Below, piece after piece: positions 39,295 through 60,722 of a stretch of 64,000 nucleotides of DNA. The stretch lies in assembly GCA_030141605.1 (NCBI GenBank), contig JAQGDQ010000066.1, forward strand, positions 434,001 to 498,000. The letters run 5' to 3'. Position 1 is the stretch's first letter; each line of letters begins with the position of its first letter. This DNA is from Tubiluchus corallicola. Lineage: Eukaryota > Animalia > Priapulida. Both the position numbers and the translations under genes were made by a program. The notes beneath the pieces are model-generated. The model saw only the letters and a program-made list of their open reading frames with translations, was not told where the DNA came from and did not search any database.

Positions 39295-40819
39295 TCTTCC
39301 GCCTGATCATAAATAACTATGGAAGTTTTTGCTGAATCAATCAAAGCGGTTTATTTATGATATTGCAGCAATGATCAGGCTGAAATAACAACAACAAAAT
39401 AATTACATATAATACTGCCATACCGCATAAGTACAAATATAAATGTTTCGAATCATGCTAATTTAAGAATTGTTCCTTTAATCGCAAAAGTATAACTGCA
39501 AATAATATACCGTTCTAAATGTTAAACATCTGCTCGACACTGCATGGAGTTCTTATTGTTAAATGTGTTAAGAATTGCCTCGTGGCAAACAGCAATACGG
39601 GTGCTCTTCATATGGTGAAATCTTCAAGATCCTCTATATTACAGGTACATTATGAGTTTATAATAGTGAATCTCAATCCCACTCAATTTTACTTCGAACT
39701 ACTTAATTATGCACATCTTCAAAATTCACATCCGTTCGTGACATGATATTTTTAACTACTTTAACCTACAGCCAAAGAGAAGGACGAAGATCGCTGGGTC
39801 TGTCGCTTTTCCAAGTGCCACTTATTGGCTGCTGTTATACAGTATGCAATAAGTACCACGGCACTGCAGCTCTGACAGGGTCATGCTAGGTTGTGCTGGA
39901 CGAATTAATTCACATTTGAGCTTCAACGACCATTCATTATCCATTATGTATTCATTAATTTCCTGTTTCTAAAACTTGAACATGACAATTAGGCATATTG
40001 TATATGTAACTCTGAATGTACGGCATGGCATGTGACTAACTCTCGATTTTCTTGTGTTCATTTCTGTGAACGCTTTTTGAAAACTACAATTATTTCATTT
40101 TTGGCTTAATTGTAATTTTAGAATTTGAAATATTGGATTGCAAATAACAGTATATCGGTACATAAATTACTATGTTTTATAAGAGGCAATAAACCCGTAC
40201 AACTACTGCTAAATAGAGGCAAAAAGAAGGTACTGTACTTCATAATGGTTTAGAGGAAAATAATGTCGTTGCTGAGTTTATTGTAGATCTATTTAATAAA
40301 CAGATTTGTTATCTATGGATAACTCGTAAGATCCAGGCGTTCAACGTCAGGTGGCAGCACCATTATAGCACGTCGTCGTGACTCGTGGCGCAAGGGGTAC
40401 TAGCAAGCAAGTAGAATCTTAGCAGACGACTCTGACAGAAGATTCGATTGATATTAATATGATGTTGTAATCAAGTTATTATCAGCGAGTAGTTGGTGAG
40501 CTTTTATTTGTTAGTAGTAATAATTAAGACATATGGCAATAATAATCCTTTTTCTTTCCGTTAGTAATAATGGCTTCTCTCCAAACTGCAGTCATCCGCT
40601 GATCAATGCAATCAGATGACTTTGATGAAAAGTTATGTAGTCCCTTCTCGTAGAAGCTTCATTCCTGGCTTCACTCCTGGTCCTCTTTATCCCTCTAGCA
40701 TTTCTATTACTTGTACACATTCATCTGTCAGTTTTCCTTCTTTACACAATAATCTAATTACTCGGTTCATTTTCGTACTCACAAAAACATTTATTAGTAA
40801 ATATTACCTTATCCAAAGA

Positions 40820-42200
40820 AATAAGGACCTAGATGGTAACTATCTATAAACGGTCCTCTCTCATCCGCCTTTTGAAACTGTCAACTAATGAAGCACTTAT
40901 GGTTGATGATGAAAGATGATTCCATGGTTGAACTACGCGACGCCCAAAGAAGTGTGATCTGATGTTGGTTCTAGCTGGTTGCACAGATAACTTAGACTCA
41001 TGACCACGAAGAATTCTGTGAGGCCTGGGAAAAAATCTGCTTCAGTCAGAATAGTATTTCCACTAATTATTTTGAAGCAGTTCACAAGGTCTACAGTCTC
41101 ACGCCTTTGCTCAAGAGTAGAAATTGAAGTGGGATCCAAATCAATAGCAAGACGATACATCTATCCTGAGTTTTTTTGGGAGCATTCTTGAGAGTAGCAT
41201 ACCGTACCGGTGACCGTACAACCGACGCGTATTTCAGAATGGGTCGAGCAACAGCTTTATATAGAGGAATAATTACTGCTGCATTTCTCGATATCACACA
41301 CCGCTTAATCATGCCAGTACGACGGTTTGCTTTAGTAATGATATGATTCACATGGGAATTCCATTTGAGGTTATTAGAAATCACTACTCCCAAGTCTCTA
41401 ATACAACTTTTTTCAGCTATTTGAGCATTATTTAGAAAGTAAGGTGTAATAGATTTAGGCCATATTCTAAGTAAAGTACATTTGCTAGGTTTAAGTGTCA
41501 TCAACCATTTACTGCACCAGTCTAAAATTTCATCCAAGTCATGTTGTAAAATATAATGATCAAGATCGTCCCAAATTGGACGAAAGGGCTTTAAATTATC
41601 AACTAATAATGGGATGTTAGTCCCCGGGGAAATGCAATCACTAATATCATTTATAAAAATAAGGAAGCAGCATGGGCCACTCAAGGTTCCTTGAGGAATA
41701 CCACTTATAACGGGGCACCATTCAGTGGTTAAACCATTAAGGACAGCATGTTGAAAAACGATGAGCAAGAAAGCAACTGAACCACTTAAGAAGCATACCT
41801 CTTATACCAGAATATTCCATCTTAAGTAAGAGACCTTGGTGGGGGACAGAATCAAATGCCTTTTTGAAATCAAGATAAAGTATATCGATAACAGGCATTG
41901 GTCCCACAATACAGATTCAAAGCATTTGACAACTACAGATGGCAAAGATATGAGGCGAAGATCATCACACGAAGGACATGCATTTGACTGCTTAGGGATG
42001 GGGTTAACGTTACAGTTAAGCCAACATTGGGGGAGGACTCTAACAAGAGACTTACGGAAAAGAGGGAGAGCAAGCTGGAGAGCACAGGATTTCAAAATAA
42101 AGCTATGAATTTCATCGGACCCTGTAGCCTTAAATGGTGTTAATTTAATAAGCTTAGCATATACATTGTTAATACTGAAATTCATGTCATTCAGAGAATC
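40820..42200 (-). mobile_element. Decayed CR1-type LINE, RT region to 3' end
   Basis: Broken ORFs 41802..42185 (KATGSDEIH, LISLPSVVVKCFE), 41091..41768 (SGIPQGTLSGPCCFLIFINDI, RDLGVVISNNLKWNSHV) and 40933..41160 (TLEQRR...DL...FKI). Confidence 0.85.
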
Positions 42201-42769
42201 AGCATTCCAGCCAGTAGGAGGAGGAGGGGGGAATAGGCAATTTCGAATTAGTTTTAACTGATTTTCCTGAAAGCATTAGGAATAGCTGTGCTTGACATGG
42301 ATTATCAACCAATGATCCCAACACCAGTATTTAGGTACTGAATACAATTATCAACTACTTATAAAAAACTTTGGCTTTGATAATTGTAGTTTGTCATGTA
42401 TGCTATGTATTCTGGTCCCATCACTACTAATCAACATCAACAGGCCTTACATTAGGTGCTGCATACCGGTCTACAATGTGCGGAACTGCATGGAAGTTAT
42501 TGTAACTTGTCCTTGGTCAGATGAACACAAAGCAATAATTTACATTCGAGAGACACCAGTGTATTATTATGTCCTGTCTTCACCCTAGTATGTTTGTGCT
42601 AGTTGGTGACAACTCGTAGTGTGTGCAGAGGGTGCACTATATAGCATTTATTTATTACGTCTTCCAAATTACTAATAATTTGTTAACTAAAATTATTAAT
42701 TAAATAATGCAAGACTATTTACAATTGTTTATAAACTATTTGAAAACTTGGAGAGGTGCATGGTCCAGT

Positions 42770-43040
42770 GGTCTTGGTATCGTATTTGGCGACGAAGATA
42801 AAAACGGCACCGAAGCTGGTCTGTGAGTAATGGGTTACCCGCTTTGGTTCTCGGTTTGGGAAGTTACATTCAGCGTGCTGACTTTGGCTGTTTACCTCCC
42901 ATCTGATCATTCATGAGACATCTCTGCCAGTTCAGTGGCTCATCCTGGAGGCTTAGCCTTGACAATGAGTCAATCTCCAATCTCACCACAAACATCCAAT
43001 TTGAACAGGATCTGCTGGTGAATGCTGGAGGCTTGCAGGT
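42770..43040 (-). mobile_element. SINE-like interspersed repeat copy
   Basis: Reverse complement shares the core seen near 3728 and 5364. Confidence 0.5.
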
Positions 43041-44349
43041 TTTCGAATTGTATAAAAAAATTGAAGTACTGGTAATTTAATTAATTATAGGCTTATTGTA
43101 GTGTTGGTGTAAAAGAAAAGATAGCCAGATGCTATGCATTTATGATACTGATTAAGCATACATATGATGATCAAAGTAAAAGTTAATCAAGTTTAAAGCT
43201 CTAAACTGCGAAATGCAATGAAAAATATCATTTTCAGCGCATAGCTTTGTAAAACAGTTCTAAAATTTATTAATAATTTAACATCTTTTACATTAATTCT
43301 ATCCCAAAAAATCTTTCTTAAATATCATAAGTTTTCGTAACCTCTCAGAGATGAACGCAGGAACAACAAGCACAGTCAGAGAAGTAGAAAAGAAATTGAA
43401 AAGCAAGCAATACAGTATGTACAATATGCACTCTTCTGGGCAAATACTAATTAGTTCAGATACTACAACTTGCTTACCATACATTTTTGCAAAATCATTG
43501 ATAGTAATGTGCAGAAAATTATAATAATCATGATTGTTTTATGCAAGATCATTCTTTATATAAAAACAAATACTGTAAAGGTATAAATTTTATTTGTATG
43601 CAGATGACTGCACTGGACTAGATGATACACATACATATTTAGGGGTTTGAACCAAAAGCAACTAACAAAATTAAATATTGAATCATTATTGCATATTACT
43701 AAAACCTTGATAAAAATCACGAAAACCGCAATTTACGCATCAGTCAAACGACAATTAGTTTCAATTAGCAACTATTTTAAAGTGCCCAGTAAATAATAGG
43801 AACGATAAGAACTTGAACATCAACGTTAATACGTAACACCTCCGAAACTCATAGCCCACATGCCCCAGTAACAAAATATCATACGTATACACTTGATCAG
43901 TTTCTGCTTTAATTTTTCACCTGCACATTTGCACAATTGTACCACAGTTACGCTTACAGTTGTATTTTGTACAGTGTTAACTTTCAAAGTACATTCTGTA
44001 TATTAGCTGTTGTATACATTCAGTACAGATGCAATAAATTTACTTTTTCAAATCTTCAATTAGTGTCTTGCAATTAGTGATTGATGTTGCTAAGTGCATT
44101 TCTACTGAGTTTAAGATTTTCATATATTTTCAGCTACAAAATGTTTCTTACATAATTGCCTATTTGTGCTTTGTGACTATAAAACTTACTTAATGAGTAT
44201 CTTTTTCACCATTAGCCTGACAACCTTCTTAGGTAGTTTAGCTCTAACGGAAGTTAAAAAAAGTAAGACTGCACAATGGTTTTCATCCTTCAAAGTATGC
44301 ATCTATTCAATAGCAATAACAATTTCCACTTTTCATCATTATTTACTTA

Positions 44350-53671
<9,322 letters not shown>

Positions 53672-55015
53672 TGTGGCTAATTGTTGAGCCCTGCAAAAAT
53701 TAGTCAATTCAAGTCTTTGTGTGCTTATTTTCTGCTTGTTTTATTACTGAGAATTTGTCTCAAAAATAAATTAAAAGTTTAATTTATATTCAATAAATTC
53801 ATCACACATTTAAAAACCTAAGAAATACTAATATCACACCTAAGAAACAAAGATTAGATTTAACAAGCAAAAATGAATAACAAAAAGACTGTGCCACAAA
53901 GATTGCTTATACAAACTGTCGTGCAAAGAACACTGGTTTGTGTATGTGCAGGCAGTAAATTAAAATAAATATACTTGATTTAGCAAAGTAAGTTAATATA
54001 AATTTTATTAGGTTAGAATACTCACCTCTTCATAAACTTAAAAGCTTGTAAATTTGGTGAAAGATTTTTACAACCCGTTTTTACCTTAGGAGTAATAAAT
54101 GCAGATTGGTAAAACACAGATTAGTATACCCAACAATCTAAGTTGGACAGTGAGCAATCAGTACTTAGAGATAATATGGATTCTACCTTGACAGGTTTCA
54201 CTAATTGATATCCATTAAACCGCAAAAGCAGAAAACCATTTCTGTTAACAATTTCTATTTATAAAAAATGTTACACAACATCAGTTAATAGGTTGAAATC
54301 CAGGGTTTTTCTATTCTTCATGGCATCATTTTATGAAAGTAATGAACAATGTAGTGGTGAGCATTCACTGTTAGAAAGCAAATCCGAATCGAATCAAATT
54401 TTGGACTTTCTAACTCGAATCAAACTGAATTTCAAGATTTCGAATCGACTCGAATGACAAAATCTAATTCAGTTTTCAAGATTTTGAAAAAAAATTCAAA
54501 GTCACTAATAAAAAGCAGTCTCACAAACATTGTGCATGTATTGCTTCCATTTGATTCGAACGTTCAATGCGCAACCCTAGAGACCAGCATTCAAATTCGT
54601 CATGATATTATAATGTGTCATGCATCACGCTGATTTTATTACGTGCAAGTTTTTCTCAAGCACAAATCTGGCAATGCCCATGAATTAGGATTTTACTACA
54701 GAAATTGTTAAAACTAAACCCAGAATACCTGCAAAATGAAAAACAAAAACACTAACCTGTTAGGAAAGTTAGAAGATGAAAACATGCACACTGACAAACA
54801 TGCAAAAGGTCTCAAGTTTTTAGAGCTGAGAGATTTAACAAAGGCAAACATCTTACGTTAAAGTTTACGAGTTGCTATAGGAATCGGCTACACTGACGCA
54901 GTTCAGAAAGCTAAAAAAAATTAATTTTTGATTGAATAAGCTGCTGTTTCGCTATCCACATAGCCTTCGAAAACTGTAAAAAACCTGAAAAATATCAAAA
55001 CGTATAAATTAATAC

Positions 55016-55035
55016 TATATATATATATATAAATG

Positions 55036-55091
<56 letters not shown>
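55016..55091. repeat. (TA)n microsatellite (others near 2900..2930, 7683..7702, 10340..10368)
   Basis: Directly visible. Confidence 0.9.
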
Positions 55092-55095
<4 letters not shown>

Positions 55096-58000
55096 AATCC
55101 TAAACACAATTATATATATAAATTAACATTATTAATTATGGTAGTCACGTGTCCTTACAACAACGTTGCAAAATAATTATTGTACATGTTAATGCATTGT
55201 ATTAGCTGCAGCTTGCAATAAGTAAGCTAGCAGTGTAATAATTCATTGATTGTTGTTAAATAAATTTATCCTATTCTAGTCTGCAATCAAATTAAATATT
55301 CTTGCAATTATACGTAAAAACATTTTTAACAATGGTGTAAAAATTCTAGCTCCAGCTTTGTTGTAAGTTAACACAAGTAACGCATTCAGAGACGTTGGGG
55401 AAAGGTCTAAAAAGCGATCATTCACAATTAACAACCCTACCCGTGTTGTAAGCTGTAAAACTTGTACTTCCTTGTGCATTCCCCTTGTACTTCACATTTA
55501 TCTAGAAGTACCACATTCTCACCTTTAATTCCACACCTTGTTTCTTTTTTCAAATTATTTACACTTTTGACACCCGAGAATTTTGCTAAACTTGCTCAGG
55601 TAGTTTTATTTGTAGCCTGCTTCTATTTGCAATATTAAATTTGTCAATATGTCTTTATGCGCATGCAGTGTTGGAAATGCGAAAAATCTTTTTATCTTGA
55701 TTGGTCGTTTATTCAATTTTATTTTACTTTAAAATTCACGAATCACGACTAACGCACTCTGCGCATCCACTCCGCATAAAATTTTAAAGAGTGCATAAAG
55801 ACAGATTTTGCTACCTGCCTTAATAAAAATTATCTTCATATTAATAATATGAATAATATTATTCATAATGATGCTATATTCATATTACATAGACAATGTG
55901 ACTGTACGAGTAAATGATACTTTTTGATAAGTGTGTCAGAATCAGGTATGATAGGATAATAGCGTTTTTGCTGTGTTAGTATTTGTTTTGGCTCGTGATG
56001 TATATCGCACATATTGTTGTGCTATGGACCACCTCAACAGATAAAAACACTGCAGCCAGTTATAGATGACTGACAGTTTTATTTTACGTAATATAACGTA
56101 ATCTATCAAATGTTCAGAGCTGCTTCCTAGCAGCAACTCGCCACACATTTCTTAAATTGCTTGACACAATTAAGTAAGATCATTAGAAAGAAGTAGCAAT
56201 GCATATTCCTCTTCGTCACATACTCACTCTGTAAATCAGCACTCCTACTGGATGTCTCTCTCTGATGGTTTTCCCAGCTTGATCCACATCGCCTGATTTT
56301 CCTAGATCTCTGATTGGCCTTGTATTAACTCACATCACATGCTCTTTCTAGGTTACCTTATTTGAACATATTTTTCGTACTGTTGAGTGAACACATGTCA
56401 GCATTTTTGAATCACATGCTACCAACACTAATAACATCTTCTTTGCAAGTACCTTGTATAAATCAAAGGCAAGTATACAAATAATCAAAAGTAGCTTGTA
56501 TTCTCACAAGACATATTGCCAATAATTACAATGCATACTTTGTACATTCAAACCTCGTTATAACACCAGGTCTGTGACACCACTATAGTGGGATTAACGA
56601 TAAGGCGAGGCTCATTAATGTGAAAGCCATTCTACTATGCAACCTCAACTTTGTTTCCTAGTTAATTTTAATAAGTGATAAATAGTAACATATATTATTA
56701 CACCTACAACAATACATGTGTTATATGGCACATTTTCCCGTCTTAACAATGGAAGTGTAGTTCTACAGGGGTACCTTGAAAAACTTTTAGGTAACACAAA
56801 AAGAAGAAATCCTGTGAAATACTGGTTAATTAGATAACTGCAGCTGATAAGAGAAACATGCTACCACGCGGCCCTCCTAACATTATCTTGCTGGAGAGTT
56901 AGACTATAATTAGCCACTGCTAATAACTTGACCTTGAGTCAAGCACCTTTAACAGCCATTACATTCGCATCAGTTTAGCACTGAACCTGAGTTAGTCTTG
57001 TAGTCTTAAATTGCATACTCTTTCCTCAAATCATCAACATTCACTTTCATACAGTCACTTGCTATGAAATGTAAATCTTGATTTAAACACCATAATTGTT
57101 TTCTTATCAGCAATCGTTGTTTTTACAATGTTTTTCAGAACTAATTCATTGTGTTTTGTCTTGACTGGCATTGGTTGGCTGGTTCGATTTATTATGTAGG
57201 ACTTCTGGCAAAGCAGATACGTTGGCAGATGGCTATAGGGGAGGTTGGTGGTATTTCCTAAATTTAATATATTATGGAAATCAGCACAGGGCAAAAATTG
57301 GCATTATGGAAAGGCTGACATTGCAATGGGGGGGGGGCAGTATAACGAAGTTCAAATTCAACCCAATAGTTTATCAATTATTTATCAATTGATGGTTTTG
57401 CATGCTTGGCAGATCTTATGATTTCACTTCACATGGTAATTGATAATTAAACTAAAACTCTAATAATCCTTACTTCAGGAAAAATCCTTACTTTAAGTCC
57501 CTATTTTACATACAATAAACAGAATTATTATGTATTTAGTATGAATATAATTTTACCTTACAGGTTGGTAGCTATTTCTTTCTCCAACTATATTTTCCGT
57601 CTAATAATTTGATACATGTTCTGAAACATCATTGTGTGTTGTAGTGTAGATGCAAAATATATACAGCTATATATACTACTTCACTATACATGCATGTACT
57701 CAAATGTCTTATACTTGCAGCAGTCATTTCAGCAGGCAGCTATAAAACCATGCAATATAATCGTCTGTCAGTTTTGCCTCATTTCCTATTTTTATTTTGG
57801 CTATATCTATAAACTGGAAATACTATCATAACTCAGTCATCGCAATAATACCATTGTAATAACACCACCCCATCGTCAAACTGAATTGCCACCTGCTTTA
57901 CACCTTGTCTCCACCTAGAGAATGAGAGTGAGTGGAGAGAAAGACAGAAAGAGATCATTTTATGCACTCTTGTTTGCTTTTTTGTTAAACTAGACAACAC

Positions 58001-60186
58001 CAACACAAAATTTTCTTCCTGACAGTGTTGTCCTGAAGTGTACTAGTAGCTTTAGCAGTATTTTATAGCTTTAGCAACAATTATATTAATGCCTTCTGGA
58101 TATAAATTTGTTCACTGTAAATTTTTTCATGCTGTGTAATCAATTGCATGCACATAGTAAAATTTTAAAAATTCTATTCTAGATCTAAATTTGTGTAACT
58201 GAAGTGGTCAATTATTTGAATATATTATTTTAGGTTCGAATCGAATTCGAATGTTCGAATTCGAAACTCTTCGTGTCAATAAATGTAATTTGGATTGAGT
58301 GCTAAAACTGGGAATCGAAGATTGTACTTTTGCCAAATCGTTGAAATGGTTTCCCGGTAAATGCAGCAGGCGAGCATTTAAGACAAAATACTTTAATTTA
58401 GATGAAAATTAAAGTCAGTGGCTTGTCAGCACCACTACCGGCAGCACTACCAGTAAATGAATTAATAAGTTAAGAACCAGTAGTTAGTAAAAAGCGTGAT
58501 TATCGTGAGTTCTGTGTGGGCAAACTGGGCATAGACCTTATACTTAGGTAAGATGAGAACATTACATACACTATGTGGATACTTCGACTGTTTAGTGGTT
58601 GTGTATTGCGGCGTTGTTTACCGTTGTTAACTTATTGCGAACCTCTGCTGGTGGGTTCACTGGGTAGTGTTGGGCGCCGAGTAAACCATTACTACACATT
58701 AGCCCAAGTAGGACAATTGGCATACATGGGCTAGCCCAAGATAAAATAAAAGAATTTTATTCTGAGCTAGAAGAATTAATATTTGCCAATATTAATCTTC
58801 TTTGAAGTGAAATAAGCGCACTTTTTAAGCGATTCAACATTTTCTTAAGGTATATCATTTTTTATTTTGTCTTGCTTCACAGACAGGTGATCCGTTTCAT
58901 TCGTTCTTGGACAAATAATTGTTTTTTGCAATAAATTATTCAACATGTATTGACGTTTTTAATTATTATTATTATTATTATTACATAAACAAGGGCAACG
59001 GACAGTGCCAGTACGCTTAACCACTCAATTCGCGACGTAAATTTTAATTTTGGTGACGTAGCAGTGGTGCAAATTCAATACTTAACAAGTGTTCAATTAA
59101 TATTACTTTAATGAACTAAATTCTTAAAAACAAAAAATCATAGGCATTACCATGGAAAGAATTTAGTAATCACAAACTTTGCCAATTAACGCAAACCAGC
59201 TTTACGTAATCGGCTGCACTATTGCGGAGATGCAACATATCGTTATTGCAATAACTTAATTTCTTTCAAAGTTTTCAATTTAGTACACCAAAGTACACCA
59301 AAATTAAAAGTTAAAAAGTACACCAAAATTTTCAAAAAATATACTAAATTGAAATCATGTATTTAGTTCAGTCAGCCTAACTGAGCTTCAAAGAAAAAAC
59401 TATTTATGCCAACGGGTTATTTTCATAAAAATGGTTAACAAATTATTCCGTGCCACATTTCCAGGACCAACAGCACTTCATGAATTCATGCACTTGTAAC
59501 TTGCAGTGGATTACCTCATGTTAGGTAAACTGATATCGTTATTGTGTGGCGACATGCTTACAAGTTACAGTGCTTCATAGACATTTGTCGACATAACTAT
59601 TATTTATAGATATTTACCTGTATTTTTTCCACCTACATAATATCAATTTGACTGGTTACGAGAAAGACGGGGTCTAGGGAACCAGTTGTCAGCGGCTCTT
59701 CTTATATGACCTTTAAAGCCGTTGACCACGTCAGATGTGATTAATTTGTAAGATAGGCTGTTCCACCAATTTATCACTTGTTGGCAAAAGAAGAATATTC
59801 TCACATTTAATTTTGATCATTGCTTGTAAATTTTATATAAACAACTCGTCACTCATGATGAAAAAATTGATTATTGTTTAAACCGTTAAAGGCTTAAGTT
59901 TTAAATTTAAAATTATCCAACAAATCATCTTGAATACATTTGTTGTCTAAACGTGGTAAATTAAACCTTTTAGTCTCTGCTCCACTTCCAAACCAGCTGC
60001 TTTCTTAGTAAGTCTACATTGTACAGCATTCCCATCCAAATCATTTATATCCTTTTGGAACTATGACTTCTGTGCCTGTAGCCTAAATATAGTATTTCAA
60101 CCAGACTAACCAAAGATTTGTATAACATTAATATTACCCCATGACTTTTATAAATATTTGTCCTATAGTATTTATTACCTCTAGGT

Positions 60187-60404
60187 AGACTTTAAAAAAT
60201 TCTCCTTCAATAAAGAAAAGAAATGGCACATTGATGATAAGAATATAATGTTGTCAGAGCATTGTGCAGTAAGTTGTCCGAGTATTGTCCAGTAAGACTT
60301 AAAAAAATTCTCCTTCAATTAAGAAAAGAAATGGCACATTGATGATAAGAATATAATGTTGTCAGAGCATTGTGCAGTAAGTTATCCGAGTATTGTCCAG
60401 TAAG
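60187..60404. repeat. Tandem duplication, 2 x 108 bp
   Basis: Units start at 60187 and 60295 (agactt.aaaaaattctccttcaat...gagtattgtccagta) and differ by only a few substitutions. Confidence 0.93.
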
Positions 60405-60722
60405 TCCTTCATTAACGACTTCTCATTTATCGATGATTCATTTTAATGACAAGCTGTCTCTTTCTCACTGATCTACGTATGTCTTGTTTTAATTACATTT
60501 TTGACATTAGTTTCAAAACTAAAATTCTGTTTGTTGCATCTGTTCTTTAGAGAAACTCGCCTGCAAACTCAAATTGCTATTTGAATTTCCCCATGTTATA
60601 ATTGGCAGCACTTCTGTAATTCTAGCTGTATTAGTTTGTTCACTTGTAAAACTTACTAACAATTACAGGTTGATCAACGTGACATAGTCCGAGTTGGTTG
60701 CTTCACCATTATATCTATCAGA

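Noticed and set aside
35322-39344. Many short ORFs overlapping the Gypsy ORF, and similar ones inside GTF3C3
   Set aside because: Shadow ORFs in alternative or antisense frames of GC-richer coding DNA, with no recognisable domains.
40340-40365. CTCF-like motif (caggtggcagca), with similar hits near 51605 and 57888
   Set aside because: Short motif matches are expected by chance in 64 kb and have no independent support.
54921-55109. ORFs with YIYIYI runs (also 10144..10395) or poly-S/poly-D runs (30746..31078)
   Set aside because: These are translations of (TA)n and (GAT/GAC)n microsatellites.
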